Origin: an uncultured Bacteroidales bacterium
GTDB lineage: Bacteria > Bacteroidota > Bacteroidia > Bacteroidales > VadinHA17
DNA length: 64,000 nucleotides
Direction: 5' to 3'
Assembly: GCA_963846335.1 (NCBI GenBank)
Contig: CAWJVS010000030.1
Coordinates: forward strand, 143,863-207,862
Shown: positions 42,224 through 52,779 of the stretch, in pieces
Position numbering within the stretch: the first letter of the stretch is position 1
Layout of the letters: each line of letters starts with the position of its first letter
Program-made: the position numbers and the translations under genes
Notes under the pieces: model-generated
Databases searched by the model: none
Told to the model about the DNA's origin: nothing
What the model saw: only the letters and a program-made list of their open reading frames with translations

Positions 42224-43942
42224 ATGAAAAGAATATATAAAATAAACATTGTTTTCTTATATGCGTTAGGTATCCTGTTATCTAATGCATGTACGAAGAA
42301 TTATGAGGAACTGAATACCAATCCCAAGAATATTGGTACAGATGTGATCGATCCGGGCCTTATCCTGACATATGTTCAGTGGAATGGAGTCGTTGGAAAC
42401 GGCTCCTATGGCAACGGCACATATGGCTGCTATACCGGTATGTGCATGAGAGACGATGATGCTCCTTTTCTTGAAACAGATGCACCCGGTCTCTGGAATT
42501 TTGCATATGAAAATCAGCTGAATAACCTTTCCAATATAATCCAGCTAATAGATGGCAAGGAGGATAAGGCTGATCTTGTAAATAAGTCTGCAATTGCCAG
42601 GATTTTAAAAGCCTGGGCAGTTTCAAATCTTACTGATGCATATGGAGATGTTCCATACTCTGAATCCTGTCTGCCCTATGAGAGCGCTGTACTGCAACCT
42701 AAATACGATACGCAGGCAACTATTTATGCCGATCTGTTCAAGGAACTCAAAGAAGCTGCAGCTCAACTGGATCCTGATAAGGTGAGCTATGGTTCAGCTG
42801 ATCTGATTTATAACGGTGATGTTGCCAAATGGAAAAAATTTGCAAACTCTCTCAGGTTAAGACTTGCCCTCAGGGTCAGATTTGCGGATGCTACACTGGC
42901 ACAGACTCAGCTCAGCGACCTCTCAGAAAGTGATCTGATAACCACGCTGAATGATGATGCCTATATACTCAATAATACCGATTTCCCTGATCATCTGAAT
43001 CCAAGGTATTACCGCATCATTAACTATTCAACAATCTCGGAAAGTGTTCATTCACATATGGTAATGATAGAACTTCTGAAGAATGACTCTATTAACAAGG
43101 ATCCACGCATAAAACTTTATGCCGATACAGTTATGGCTACATGGAAAGGTGGACTCTCTCCCAATGGCTACTATTTTCCGGCCTATGAATACAGGGGAGC
43201 TCCTACATTGGGTATGGTACCTGTTGAATATAAATATCCATGGGGATCAGGAACAGTTTCTGAATTAACTGATTTTTGGAGAGTGCCGGTGCTTGCACCT
43301 GCCTTAATAAGATCTTCAGAGGTCTACTTTGCCCTTTCTGAAGCAAAACTTGCCGGATTATTGCCAGCGGGCTTTGCTAACACGGCCGAAGGGTATTATC
43401 AGAAGGGAATCGATGAATCAATTAACTGGTATAAGTGGTTTTACGATTTAACAGCTCCACAGATCCCTGACCTGATGCTTGATTATATTCATAATCCAAA
43501 CTATTCACCAGGTCCTGTATGGACAAATGCTGATGTTGATCAGTATCTTGAATATAAAAAGATCAAAGATGAAGAGGTTGATGCTTTCAAGGGAACTGCA
43601 ATGTACACATTGACAGGAACACCTGAGGAGCAACTGGAAAAAATAATTAATCAGAAAATAGTTGCCCTTTATCCTGATGAGTTCCAGGGATGGTGTGAAT
43701 ATCGTAGAACCGGTTATCCAAAGATCCCGATCGGCCCTGACCAGGCTGCCCTTGCAGGTGAAATACCAAGGCGGGAACCATGGCCAACAAGGGAAGAGAC
43801 TATCAATACTGCCAGTTTCAGTGAAGCCCTGGCAAGATACGGGACAGACAGCAAGCTGACCAAGTTCTGGTGGGATGCCAATGCTAATGCCCCGCATATC
43901 TATGTATGGACAGCACCTTCCATGCCAACTGCCTGGCAATAA
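42224..43942 (+). CDS. SusD/RagB-family glycan-binding lipoprotein
   Basis: Lies immediately downstream of the SusC-like gene. Lipoprotein signal MKRIYKINIVFLYALGILLSNAC. TPR-like helical content and the typical C-terminal YRRTGYPK motif. Confidence 0.9.
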   Translation: MKRIYKINIVFLYALGILLSNACTKNYEELNTNPKNIGTDVIDPGLILTYVQWNGVVGNGSYGNGTYGCYTGMCMRDDDAPFLETDAPGLWNFAYENQLNNLSNIIQLIDGKEDKADLVNKSAIARILKAWAVSNLTDAYGDVPYSESCLPYESAVLQPKYDTQATIYADLFKELKEAAAQLDPDKVSYGSADLIYNGDVAKWKKFANSLRLRLALRVRFADATLAQTQLSDLSESDLITTLNDDAYILNNTDFPDHLNPRYYRIINYSTISESVHSHMVMIELLKNDSINKDPRIKLYADTVMATWKGGLSPNGYYFPAYEYRGAPTLGMVPVEYKYPWGSGTVSELTDFWRVPVLAPALIRSSEVYFALSEAKLAGLLPAGFANTAEGYYQKGIDESINWYKWFYDLTAPQIPDLMLDYIHNPNYSPGPVWTNADVDQYLEYKKIKDEEVDAFKGTAMYTLTGTPEEQLEKIINQKIVALYPDEFQGWCEYRRTGYPKIPIGPDQAALAGEIPRREPWPTREETINTASFSEALARYGTDSKLTKFWWDANANAPHIYVWTAPSMPTAWQ

Positions 43943-44027
43943 ATTAGTGCATCTGAACTAATGTTCAACAGCTCATAGAGGTTACTCCCTATGAGCTGTT
44001 TTTATCCAGTAACACTATGAAATAGTA

Positions 44028-47000
44028 ATGAGAATAAATAAAAGTAACATACTATCATATATTGTCTTCCTGATCAGCCTCTCTTCGTGCAACTCAAAAG
44101 AATCATCCAATGCTACTGAATTAAAAGCCAGCGCACAAACTGTAGTGTTCGGTGATTTTGAAAAAGCAGCGAATATGATTACCTGGAAAGGTTCCATATC
44201 CTTTTCGAAAGAATTCCCCGGTCATGGAAATGGCTGCTGTAAGCTGAGTGCCACTGAAGGACAATACCTTAGGCTTGAAACCATTGAAATGCCAAAAGAC
44301 TGGCATGCATTTGAATATCTGAAATTCGATATTTACAATCCCTCATCAAATCTGTACTTTGGTACTTTGCAGATATTTGATGAACAGGGAACTGACGAAG
44401 AGGCTGAATTTAAAGGACAAAGTTATACTGGTGAGGGAAAACTTTTTCTGAACACCGGCTGGAACCATTTTGAGTTTTTTATTCAGACCGCTATGGTGGA
44501 GGAGGGAAATCGCCATGTTGCACTTGATAAAATCCGTAAGCTTCGTTTTTCATTCGGGATTACTGACAATCCCATTTATATTGACAACATACGCCTGGTA
44601 AAGGGTGAGGAATCTACTGCTACAAAATCAGGGATCTATCCAAATGACTGCACTGTAACTATCGATAACAGGAATGTGTATACTGAGCTTTCAGGACCAA
44701 TAGAAAAGATAAAAATAAGTCCCGCATTGCTGGAATTAAGGAAAAAAGCCACAGATGCAGCCGGCAAACTGAGAAAAGATATCCGCACCCTCGAGTTGCA
44801 AGGCTATCAGTCTTTATATCAGCGCATACCACTAATCACTGCCGATGTTGGAATGGGAATCAGAAGCAACCTTGTATGGTTTCAGAATGAGACTGAAGAG
44901 AAGAAGATTCTTGATTATGTAATTGAATCATGCACCAAAGCTTCTGCTGAAATATCGGTCATGCTCTCAGCCGGACAAAGCAATATACTTATGCCGGAAC
45001 CTGAAAATGAACTGGCTGATGCCTCGTTTTATGTTCCGCCATACCCTCCCTTGAATGAGTTAATCCCCCGTGACGGATTTTACAGGGATAGAGCAGGCAA
45101 TCCGGTAATCGTTTTTTCGATGCTTCAGATCGATGATGGACCTCTGCTGGATTACTTCGCTCCGTTTAACCACCGGATTGAGAGTTATACCGTCGGAGGA
45201 GGTTCGAGATACAATATTGAAAGCTCACCTGTGTACAGGGCTTTTCATAAATATCCTGATACCCGCAGAGTAGGATGGGATGGCTGGTGCGGGCATCTTA
45301 TCAAGGACAGATGGGCGATGGGAGGAAAGAAGGAAGATGTTGTGATATGCCTCGAAAGTCCAAATATCCGTCAAGCCGTGTTGGAGTACATGAAGCTGAA
45401 TCACAGGGAATGGACGAGCAATCCTGACCTGTTATACAACATAATGGCTTATGAACTGCAGTATATCTGCTATTGTGATAAGAGCCAGCAAATGTTCAGA
45501 AACTACCTTAAATCAAGATACAAGGAAATCGATGCACTGAATCAGGTCTGGAAAACCAATTATGAACTGTTCAGTGAGATCCTGGCGCCGGAAACCAGGG
45601 AGGCTCGCCCTGTTGATGATATAAACCGTGCAGCCTGGTACGACTGGGCAGAATTCAATGCAAGGAGGTTTACCGATTACCTGAAATGGATCAAAGATGA
45701 GATGCGAAAATTTGATCAGACAACACCCATCTGCGCAGGAGGTACCTCTTCAATGCTTTCTTCTTCCAACAGCGTGTCAGGTATCGATGAAGAGCTGATT
45801 ATAAATGAGGTCGATGATGTTATTCTGAATGAATCCGGCGGTTCTGTCATATTTTCTGACCTGCTCCTCTCCCTGAGTGACCGGAAAAAAGTAATGGTTG
45901 ATCCCGAAATGGGTGGAAGCACTCATGGATTGCTTTTACAGTTCCTTCATGGCAAATCGGATATATCAAAATGGTGGTGGGCGGGTATGCCAAGTAAAGA
46001 ATACCCGCATATGAATGAGAGCTCCCTGCCTCACAGCAGTGAAATTTCCCTTTCAGATATTGCCGAAGTGCTTAAAATCGGACTGGATGTGAGACGATTG
46101 AGTTCAGAAATTGCTGAATTCACCAGGCCGGAACCGGAGGTCGCGATTCTTTATTCAAAAACAAGCATCATTCAGGTGCCTCCACAGCAGGTACAGGAAG
46201 GCTCAACTCCATATATTAACACCCTGAGTGCTGTATGGGAAGGAGCAAGGTTTCTTGGCTGCAGGATCGGATTTGTGACTGAGAAACAGCTAATGAAAGG
46301 TCACCTTGACAAGGTCCGGCTTCTGATTGTGCCTGCCGTAAAATACATAAAGCCGGAGATTTTTGCCTGTATAAAGCGCTACATTGAAAATGGCGGTACG
46401 GCAGTGATTATACCGGAATCATTTGTTTTTGACCAGTATGCAAGAGAGAATAATAAGACGGGCGACTTTGGAATAACTATCAAAAGCATCACACTTCCTC
46501 CTGTAACCGGCCAGGGTGAAAAAATCAAAAACTATGACCAGAGTTATTCACAGGCTTCATTATACGGGGAAGTCCGGAAAAAGATCATATGTGGGAATGA
46601 AGATATCTTTGCGGATTATGACATGCCAATCCATCTTTCATCAGACGGTCTTGTACAGACTCTTGATCCCGGTAATAACAAGGTTATAGCCAGGTTCGAA
46701 GATGGAAATGCTGCTCTCATACTTGTCCGAATTGGAAAAGGGTCCGTTTATTACCTGGCCTCGCCCCTGAAAACATCAGATTATCATGCCCTTCTGTCAC
46801 CTCTTGCCCGGCTTGTCAGTCTGAATCGTCCGCTTGTTGGCATAGCAGGGGATGGCGGTTTAATTACAGGCGCTGAAGTAAGAGCTGTTGAACGTGAAAA
46901 TGATTATCTTGTATATGCAAGTAACCTTACTGCAGGTACTATTGAATTTGAGCTGAAAGGCGATGATGAAATTTCAGAGCTCATCGACTTGCGTAGTTTA

Positions 47001-47087
47001 GCCGTTCTGAATAGCAACCATGTTGTTCTGGAACCGTTCCAGGAAACGATACTGAAAGCTGAAAAAGGAGCTTTAAAGAATAAATAA
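44028..47087 (+). CDS. Lipoprotein with N-terminal CBM-like module and GH42-like catalytic/trimerisation-like domains
   Basis: 1019 aa, intact. Signal LISLSSCNS. CBM-like segment FEYLKFDIYNPSSNLYFGTLQIFDEQG. Motifs: AAWYDWAEFNARRFTDYLKWI and VRLLIVPAVKYIKPEIFACIKRYIENGGTAVIIPES. Confidence 0.5.
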   Translation: MRINKSNILSYIVFLISLSSCNSKESSNATELKASAQTVVFGDFEKAANMITWKGSISFSKEFPGHGNGCCKLSATEGQYLRLETIEMPKDWHAFEYLKFDIYNPSSNLYFGTLQIFDEQGTDEEAEFKGQSYTGEGKLFLNTGWNHFEFFIQTAMVEEGNRHVALDKIRKLRFSFGITDNPIYIDNIRLVKGEESTATKSGIYPNDCTVTIDNRNVYTELSGPIEKIKISPALLELRKKATDAAGKLRKDIRTLELQGYQSLYQRIPLITADVGMGIRSNLVWFQNETEEKKILDYVIESCTKASAEISVMLSAGQSNILMPEPENELADASFYVPPYPPLNELIPRDGFYRDRAGNPVIVFSMLQIDDGPLLDYFAPFNHRIESYTVGGGSRYNIESSPVYRAFHKYPDTRRVGWDGWCGHLIKDRWAMGGKKEDVVICLESPNIRQAVLEYMKLNHREWTSNPDLLYNIMAYELQYICYCDKSQQMFRNYLKSRYKEIDALNQVWKTNYELFSEILAPETREARPVDDINRAAWYDWAEFNARRFTDYLKWIKDEMRKFDQTTPICAGGTSSMLSSSNSVSGIDEELIINEVDDVILNESGGSVIFSDLLLSLSDRKKVMVDPEMGGSTHGLLLQFLHGKSDISKWWWAGMPSKEYPHMNESSLPHSSEISLSDIAEVLKIGLDVRRLSSEIAEFTRPEPEVAILYSKTSIIQVPPQQVQEGSTPYINTLSAVWEGARFLGCRIGFVTEKQLMKGHLDKVRLLIVPAVKYIKPEIFACIKRYIENGGTAVIIPESFVFDQYARENNKTGDFGITIKSITLPPVTGQGEKIKNYDQSYSQASLYGEVRKKIICGNEDIFADYDMPIHLSSDGLVQTLDPGNNKVIARFEDGNAALILVRIGKGSVYYLASPLKTSDYHALLSPLARLVSLNRPLVGIAGDGGLITGAEVRAVERENDYLVYASNLTAGTIEFELKGDDEISELIDLRSLAVLNSNHVVLEPFQETILKAEKGALKNK

Positions 47088-47116
47088 GCGAAGTCTGAAT
47101 ATAAAAGAACCGGATT

Positions 47117-49247
47117 ATGATTAACAGATTGATTTTACCGGCTGCATTCCTCATTCTGCAATTCACCTGCAGCTCTGCTTCACCTGCCTGCGATAAGACA
47201 CTTCTGTGGAAAGAAGGAATTTCTGTGATTCCCTACCCGCAATCTGTTGAGTTGCATGGGGACGATTTTATTATCGGGAATACTGAAATAATCTATATTG
47301 ATAAAGCCGCAAATGATGAGGATCTTTTTGCTGCAAATGAATTGAGTCTGCATCTGAAATCACAATGGGGAATAAATTGTAAAGTTGTTACTGATAAGCC
47401 CGGGCAGGGTATCATATTCACACGCAGTAAATCTGCAGCAGCGGGAAATGAACAGGGTTATCAGATAGAAGTTTCCGGGGGTAAACTTTTAATCAGGGCC
47501 AGGAATTCTACAGGATTTTTTTATGGTGTCCAAACCCTGTTGCAACTCATTCAAGATGATGGCAAAAGGCTATTTGTAAAGGGTATGACGATTAAAGACT
47601 GGCCTGATATAAAAATAAGAGCCATTCACTATGATACGAAGCATTTTCAGGAGAAAAAGGAGTATGTGTTTAATTTTATCAGGACCCTTGCCAGTTACAA
47701 AGTAAATATGCTGATATGGGAGTGGGAAGATAAATTTGCCTACAAAAGCCATCCGGAAATTGGCGCTCCCGGAGCATTCACAATGGAAGAGATGCAGGAG
47801 TTTACCAGATATGCACAACAATACCATATACAGATTGTTCCGCTTGTTCAGGGTCTTGGCCACGTGAGTTATATATTGAAGCATCCTGAAAATAAAAAGC
47901 TCCGGGAACTGGAATATGATAATTGGGGCTTTTGCCCCCTCAGGCAGGGAACCTATGACCTTATGTCGGACCTCATAAAAGAGGCGATTGAGGCAACTCC
48001 CGGATCGGAATATGTGCATATAGGCTGTGACGAAACATATGTACTGGGAAAAGGAGTGGAATGCGGCTGCAGGGAGAGGGCTGAGAAGGAGGGGAAGTAT
48101 GCCCTGATGGAGATTTATATAAACAGGGTAGGGGGAGAAGTGAAAAAACTTCACAGAATTCCAATGTCGTGGGATGGAGGTTTTAATCCTGATGAAAAAG
48201 TCAGGCCTGTAAAAGGTCTTTTTACTCCGGGTGGTTTTGATGAGAGACTTGATTCTGCATCCATTGCAGCCGGTTATCCTCTCTATGTTTATGACCCGAA
48301 TCCGGGTATCGAACATCTTTTCCTGCCTTATTTTTACCGTGAAGGTGAAAAGGGACCTGTCAGAGCCCATCTGGAAGATTCCTATTCAGTGCTTACCGAA
48401 GCGGCAAAATCGGGAAAGTACAAAGGGATGATATCTACATCATGGAATTGCTCCGGTGTTCATAACCAGATCTGGATGCTTCGGTATATAACTGCTGCTG
48501 AATATTCGTGGAATGGGAGTATGCCTTCACTGGAGGAGTTTGAAGATACATATTTTCTGAATTACTATGGCCCGTCAGGAAAAGATATCAGAGAGCTCTT
48601 TTTGCTGCTTAACAAGGCAAGCTATTACTATATGAGCACTTTTGAACGGAAGGTATGGCACTGGGGAGAGGTCGGGAAAACACATCTTCCCGATCTCCCT
48701 CGCGATGATATGGAGTTCGATCCTTTCTGGAATACTGAGTATGCCGGAATGATCAACCGGTCAAAAGAGATTCTGCCTGATATGGAACGTGTCCTGGCAA
48801 TCTGTAGGGAAAACCTCGGGAACGGCGCAAAAAACGGCTATGATTTTGAATTGTTCGAAGGTCTTGCAAAACTCTTCATACATACAGCCAAAACATACAT
48901 CATCATTATCGGATCTTGAGAAATCAGTTCAAAAGGCAGCAGGATTGCATTTTACAGATAATCAGGCTGTTTATGACGAGTTAAGCCGTGCAGTCGAACT
49001 GATTGATGAGAATCTTTCCGATCGTGACATTGTTTTTGCAGAATTAAAAACGACATGGGAGAAGAGCCAGTTTCCCAAAGGAATGTCCACCCCGGAAAAA
49101 AAATATGTTCATGCACGTGATCAGCAGAGGAATTTTGCCAACAGAAGACCTGATCTCTCTTTTATGATCTGCGATGAACAGGCGCTTGGACTGGAAGAGT
49201 ACAGGGCTAAACTATTGGAATATATGGCTGTTTATAAATCAAAGTAG
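47117..49247 (+). CDS. GH20-like hexosaminidase-family protein (paralogue A); one frame change near 48900
   Basis: Motifs: ISVIPYPQSVEL (GH20b-like N-terminus), IKDWPDIKIRAIHYDTKH, NMLIWEWEDKF, VPLVQGLGHVSY and HIGCDETY (D-E pair). The C-terminus continues in ORF 48789..49247 and matches the C-terminus of paralogue B (PKGMST.EKKY...RRPD.SF). Confidence 0.75.
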
Positions 49248-49290
49248 GGACGGGTCGCGACCGTCCGTCCCTCACGACCCGTCCCTGCCC
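49244..49290. repeat. GC-rich palindromic REP-like element (copy 2) in a convergent gap
   Basis: gtagggacgggtcgcgaccgtccgtccctcacgacccgtccctgccc. It shares GTAGGGACGGGTCG.GACC.GTCCGTC and CGTGACCCGTCCC-like words with 34341..34392. It starts on the stop codon of the GH20-like gene. Confidence 0.8.
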
Positions 49291-49319
49291 ATGGAAAAAC
49301 AAACCCATAATATTAATCA

Positions 49320-50393
49320 TTATCTCCTTTTGATGCCGAGACCTGATATGTCTTCCGGAATGGTATAATACGGCGCTGAATAGTCTGGGCCACCAATGAA
49401 TGGTTCATTATTCGGATCAATATGCGGATCGAGATCTACATAACTGAATCCGCCCAGCCCGGCAGCCAAATGTACAGAACACCCCAACCCGAGTCTGGAT
49501 TCAAGCATGCATCCGATCATAAGTTTTATGTTGGCACTTCGGGCAATGGCTGCAATATCCAGTGCCTCAACAATACCCGATTTCATGATCTTGATATTTA
49601 TTACATCGGCACATCCTGTCCTGACAATATTTATTGCGTCAGCACTTGTAAAAACTGACTCATCAGCAGCTATAGGTACAGAGGTATGATCTTTAACGAA
49701 TTTCATTCCATTTAAATCTGTTTTGATTACAGGTTGTTCAAAAAGAACCGGTCTGATATTGCTTTTTTCAAGCTCTTCCAGAAAGTGAACTGCGTCGCAT
49801 GCCGAAAATCCCTGGTTGGCATCCAGTGTGATATCACAATCTGGAGCTCCCTCTTTTATTGCCAGGATTCTGTCAATGTCCTCAATCAGGTTTTTTCCTA
49901 CTTTGGTTTTTAATATCCTGTATCCCTCTTTAGCATATTTCGATGCATTGGTTCTTGCAATATCGGGCGGTACAATATCAATTGTGTAATCGGTCTCAAT
50001 TTTATTTGTTGTACCGCCGAGGAATTTATAAAAAGGGACATTCAGAGATTTGGTATAAGCATCAAGCAGAGCCATTTCGATAGCACAGCGTGCTGTAACC
50101 TGAGCCCAGAAAACACTTTTGATCTTTTTTGAAATTGCAGTATACTCGGATATGTCATTCCCGATCAGAAAATCCCTGCAGCTATTCAGCGTCGCAAGAA
50201 CGGTTGCCTGGTTTTCGCCGTTGATAGGTTCAAGCGGAGCTGCTTCACCATATCCCTCAATCCCATTCTCAAATACCACGGTGATACAGACATTTTCAAT
50301 ACTGTATTTTGTTCCGGTAGCAATTTTGAATGATTCCTCCAATGCAATATTGATTGGATCAATGAATACTTTTTTAATTTTAGTGCGTTCCAT
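49320..50393 (-). CDS. Enolase-superfamily, MLE-subgroup enzyme (dipeptide epimerase / N-acylamino-acid racemase-like)
   Basis: 357 aa. Motifs: ILKTKVGK (KxK), TLDANQGF, FEQP, PIAADES, NIKIMKSG and GCMLESRLG. Confidence 0.8.
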   Translation of the reverse strand: MERTKIKKVFIDPINIALEESFKIATGTKYSIENVCITVVFENGIEGYGEAAPLEPINGENQATVLATLNSCRDFLIGNDISEYTAISKKIKSVFWAQVTARCAIEMALLDAYTKSLNVPFYKFLGGTTNKIETDYTIDIVPPDIARTNASKYAKEGYRILKTKVGKNLIEDIDRILAIKEGAPDCDITLDANQGFSACDAVHFLEELEKSNIRPVLFEQPVIKTDLNGMKFVKDHTSVPIAADESVFTSADAINIVRTGCADVINIKIMKSGIVEALDIAAIARSANIKLMIGCMLESRLGLGCSVHLAAGLGGFSYVDLDPHIDPNNEPFIGGPDYSAPYYTIPEDISGLGIKRR

Positions 50394-51501
50394 ATTTATC
50401 TTTCCATTTTATTAAATTTTCAACAAGGTCTTCTATCTGATCATAAGTATGGCTGCTGGAAACAGCAATCCTCAACAGATACTTCTCCTGTTTAACGGGA
50501 TAATTTATGAAGGGAACAACGATTCCGTTGCTTTCCATAAATAGCGAGAGTTCTTTAGCTTTGATAAGTTCCGATAACATTACAGGTATTATAGGTGTAT
50601 TATCCGGTGTAGTTTGGAAACCAAGCTCAGTGATCCTTTTCCGGAGTTCTCCTGCCATTTTCAGCAATTTAATGCGCATTTCAGGATTCTCCTGAATAAT
50701 TTTCAGCGATGCCAGACCGGCAGCTACGATAGGAGGGGGAAGAGCTGTAGAAGCCTGGTAGATTGCGGATTTCTCCCTGATCAGCTCCGTAAGCTCCATC
50801 CTTCCGGCTATAAAACCACCATAACCACCCAATGCCTTACTCATTGTCTCAGTCTGGAAAATATTTCCATTATCCGGGAGGTTAAAATGGTCAGGCGTTC
50901 CCCTGCCTTTCTGTCCAAGTAATCCTGTTGAGTGAGCATCATCCACAATCATGATACCATTATATTGTTCGACCACAGGAAAGATCCTATCCAGTGGAGT
51001 AATTTCCCCTGTAAGTGCAAAAATTCCATCAGTAATTACCAGTGGATTTGAACCAGGGTGTAGTGTAAGCAGGTCCTCAAGGTGACCTGCATCGCAATGC
51101 TTATAGTACTGCACATTTGCAATATCCCGGGATACACTTCCTGTAATACTTGGATGAGCCAGCTGGTCCATGAAAACTGCGGTATATCTGGGTTTCAGAA
51201 CTTCGAGTAAGATGCTGTTCCCCTGGTACCCGGAGGCGAATACAACAGCATCTTCCACACCTTTGAAGGCCGCAAGCTTTTTTTCAAGTTCGAGGTGGAG
51301 ATCTGCAGTGCCGGTTGTCCGTCTTGATGCCGAAAAATTGACTCCATACTTCTCAATGGCTCTGATGGCGGCTTCCCTGACTTCCGGATGATTTGCCAGG
51401 CCAAGATAGTTATTGCCACCAAAGTAAGAATATTTTCTCCCTTCACTCATTATATAGTTCCCGACTCCGCTGCTCAGAATATTCATTGGATTGCTGTACA
51501 A
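50380..51501 (-). CDS. PLP-dependent alpha-oxoamine synthase family (BioF/Kbl/Spt-like)
   Basis: 373 aa. Motifs: YSYFGGNNYLGLANHPEV, IVDDAHSTGLLGQKGRG and TMSKALGGYGGF (PLP lysine). Its 3' end overlaps the epimerase start by 14 nt. Confidence 0.85.
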   Translation of the reverse strand: MYSNPMNILSSGVGNYIMSEGRKYSYFGGNNYLGLANHPEVREAAIRAIEKYGVNFSASRRTTGTADLHLELEKKLAAFKGVEDAVVFASGYQGNSILLEVLKPRYTAVFMDQLAHPSITGSVSRDIANVQYYKHCDAGHLEDLLTLHPGSNPLVITDGIFALTGEITPLDRIFPVVEQYNGIMIVDDAHSTGLLGQKGRGTPDHFNLPDNGNIFQTETMSKALGGYGGFIAGRMELTELIREKSAIYQASTALPPPIVAAGLASLKIIQENPEMRIKLLKMAGELRKRITELGFQTTPDNTPIIPVMLSELIKAKELSLFMESNGIVVPFINYPVKQEKYLLRIAVSSSHTYDQIEDLVENLIKWKDKYGTH

Positions 51502-51564
51502 GAGTTTTAAAGATACAAAATAGATTTAATACCAATGATTTTAACCAACTCCTTAGTCTCCGGA

Positions 51565-52779
51565 TCAGGATACTTTGAACGGCTGATGCCACTTGCTCCA
51601 TTCAGACCATTTGCCGTTTGAACTTTTTTGTCTTACACGGCAATAATACACAGAGCCTGACTTAAGATGCGTTTCTCCCGCAGCTGTGCCGGTGAATGAG
51701 CCGTTACCTGTATCGGCCGTTACGCTCTCAGTCTCTTTTATCTCTCCTGATCTGAATACCACATCATCTCCGCCACGGTCCGATGATATTTCGAATTCCC
51801 ATGCTTCCATTGTTCCAGGACCATGATATGTAGTCTTAAAAAGCTTTGGATTGAGATTGCATGTAACGGGACCAACCGGTCTGGCAGAGATCACAAAATT
51901 GTCAAACCATCTGCCTTCTGTTTTAACAGCCCCGCCATTCCAGTACGATTCAAGAAATACTGCATTGATGCCGTGCTTTATATAAGAACCTCTGAAGTTA
52001 AGGTTGTTCCTTTCCCCATCGGCAATTCCGTCAATCCAGAGCCTGCATGAACCATTCGAAAGGCCGGGTGTATTCAGCTTTACGGCTGCTTCAACCATCA
52101 CCCAATAGCCCGATTCTGATGCAGATGAGATCTGAAATGCTGATTCGGGTTTATTTCCAAGCCATGAGAGATTGTCAAAATCATTATACTTAGTTGTTCT
52201 GATACTGTCTGTCTGTCCGTAAACCCCGCTCGCAGGATCCAGTGTAATGGAATTGCCATCACCACTCCATACATGCATTATCATTGCCTGCTGCCAGTTT
52301 TCTGAGACAATTGATGTTGCCCGTGTCATTTTACACGGAGCACCCTGCCAGCCATATTGGTGATTGACATAAAATCTCCAGTAAATTTCATCGAAATGCC
52401 TGTTTCTCTTAAGCACACCTGATCCGGCGGGAAAATCCCCGAATGCAACCTTCCTGTTGCCCTCTCCTTCAACATCACCGTGCCGGAAACCAGCTTTCAT
52501 CGAGCTCCCGGTTTTTCCGAATGATTCGGAATTGTCGAGTCCTCCCGTAGATTCAAGGTAGCTCTTTTCTCCGGAGAAATCATCATACCAGATTACGCTG
52601 GTATCGTTCTCCTGAGGCTGATTCAAAGCGGCCTCCAGTGAATGAATACGAGGGATTACAGGTTTTGTAGTATCACCATCCGGGATGTCGGGTTCAGGTC
52701 CTGCTTCTCCTTTGCAGCTATAATGGAACAGAGTCATTATAATTAAGGGAAAGGCCACCATCTTAAAATGTATGTTCAT
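51565..52779 (-). CDS. Secreted jelly-roll polysaccharide-lyase-like protein with C-terminal Fn3-like domain (paralogue of the N-domain of 27531..29184)
   Basis: 404 aa with a signal peptide. Motifs: VIWYDDFSG, EIYWRFYVNH, CRLWIDGIADGE and RWFDNFVISARPVGP. The C-terminus is YYCRVRQKSSNGKWSEWSKW. Confidence 0.45.
   Translation of the reverse strand: MNIHFKMVAFPLIIMTLFHYSCKGEAGPEPDIPDGDTTKPVIPRIHSLEAALNQPQENDTSVIWYDDFSGEKSYLESTGGLDNSESFGKTGSSMKAGFRHGDVEGEGNRKVAFGDFPAGSGVLKRNRHFDEIYWRFYVNHQYGWQGAPCKMTRATSIVSENWQQAMIMHVWSGDGNSITLDPASGVYGQTDSIRTTKYNDFDNLSWLGNKPESAFQISSASESGYWVMVEAAVKLNTPGLSNGSCRLWIDGIADGERNNLNFRGSYIKHGINAVFLESYWNGGAVKTEGRWFDNFVISARPVGPVTCNLNPKLFKTTYHGPGTMEAWEFEISSDRGGDDVVFRSGEIKETESVTADTGNGSFTGTAAGETHLKSGSVYYCRVRQKSSNGKWSEWSKWHQPFKVS

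Noticed and set aside
47570-48370. 266-aa ORF on the minus strand inside GH20-like gene A
   Set aside because: It is antisense to a frame with strong GH20 motifs (HIGCDETY and others). Its product is low-complexity with no recognisable motif. It looks like a typical shadow ORF.
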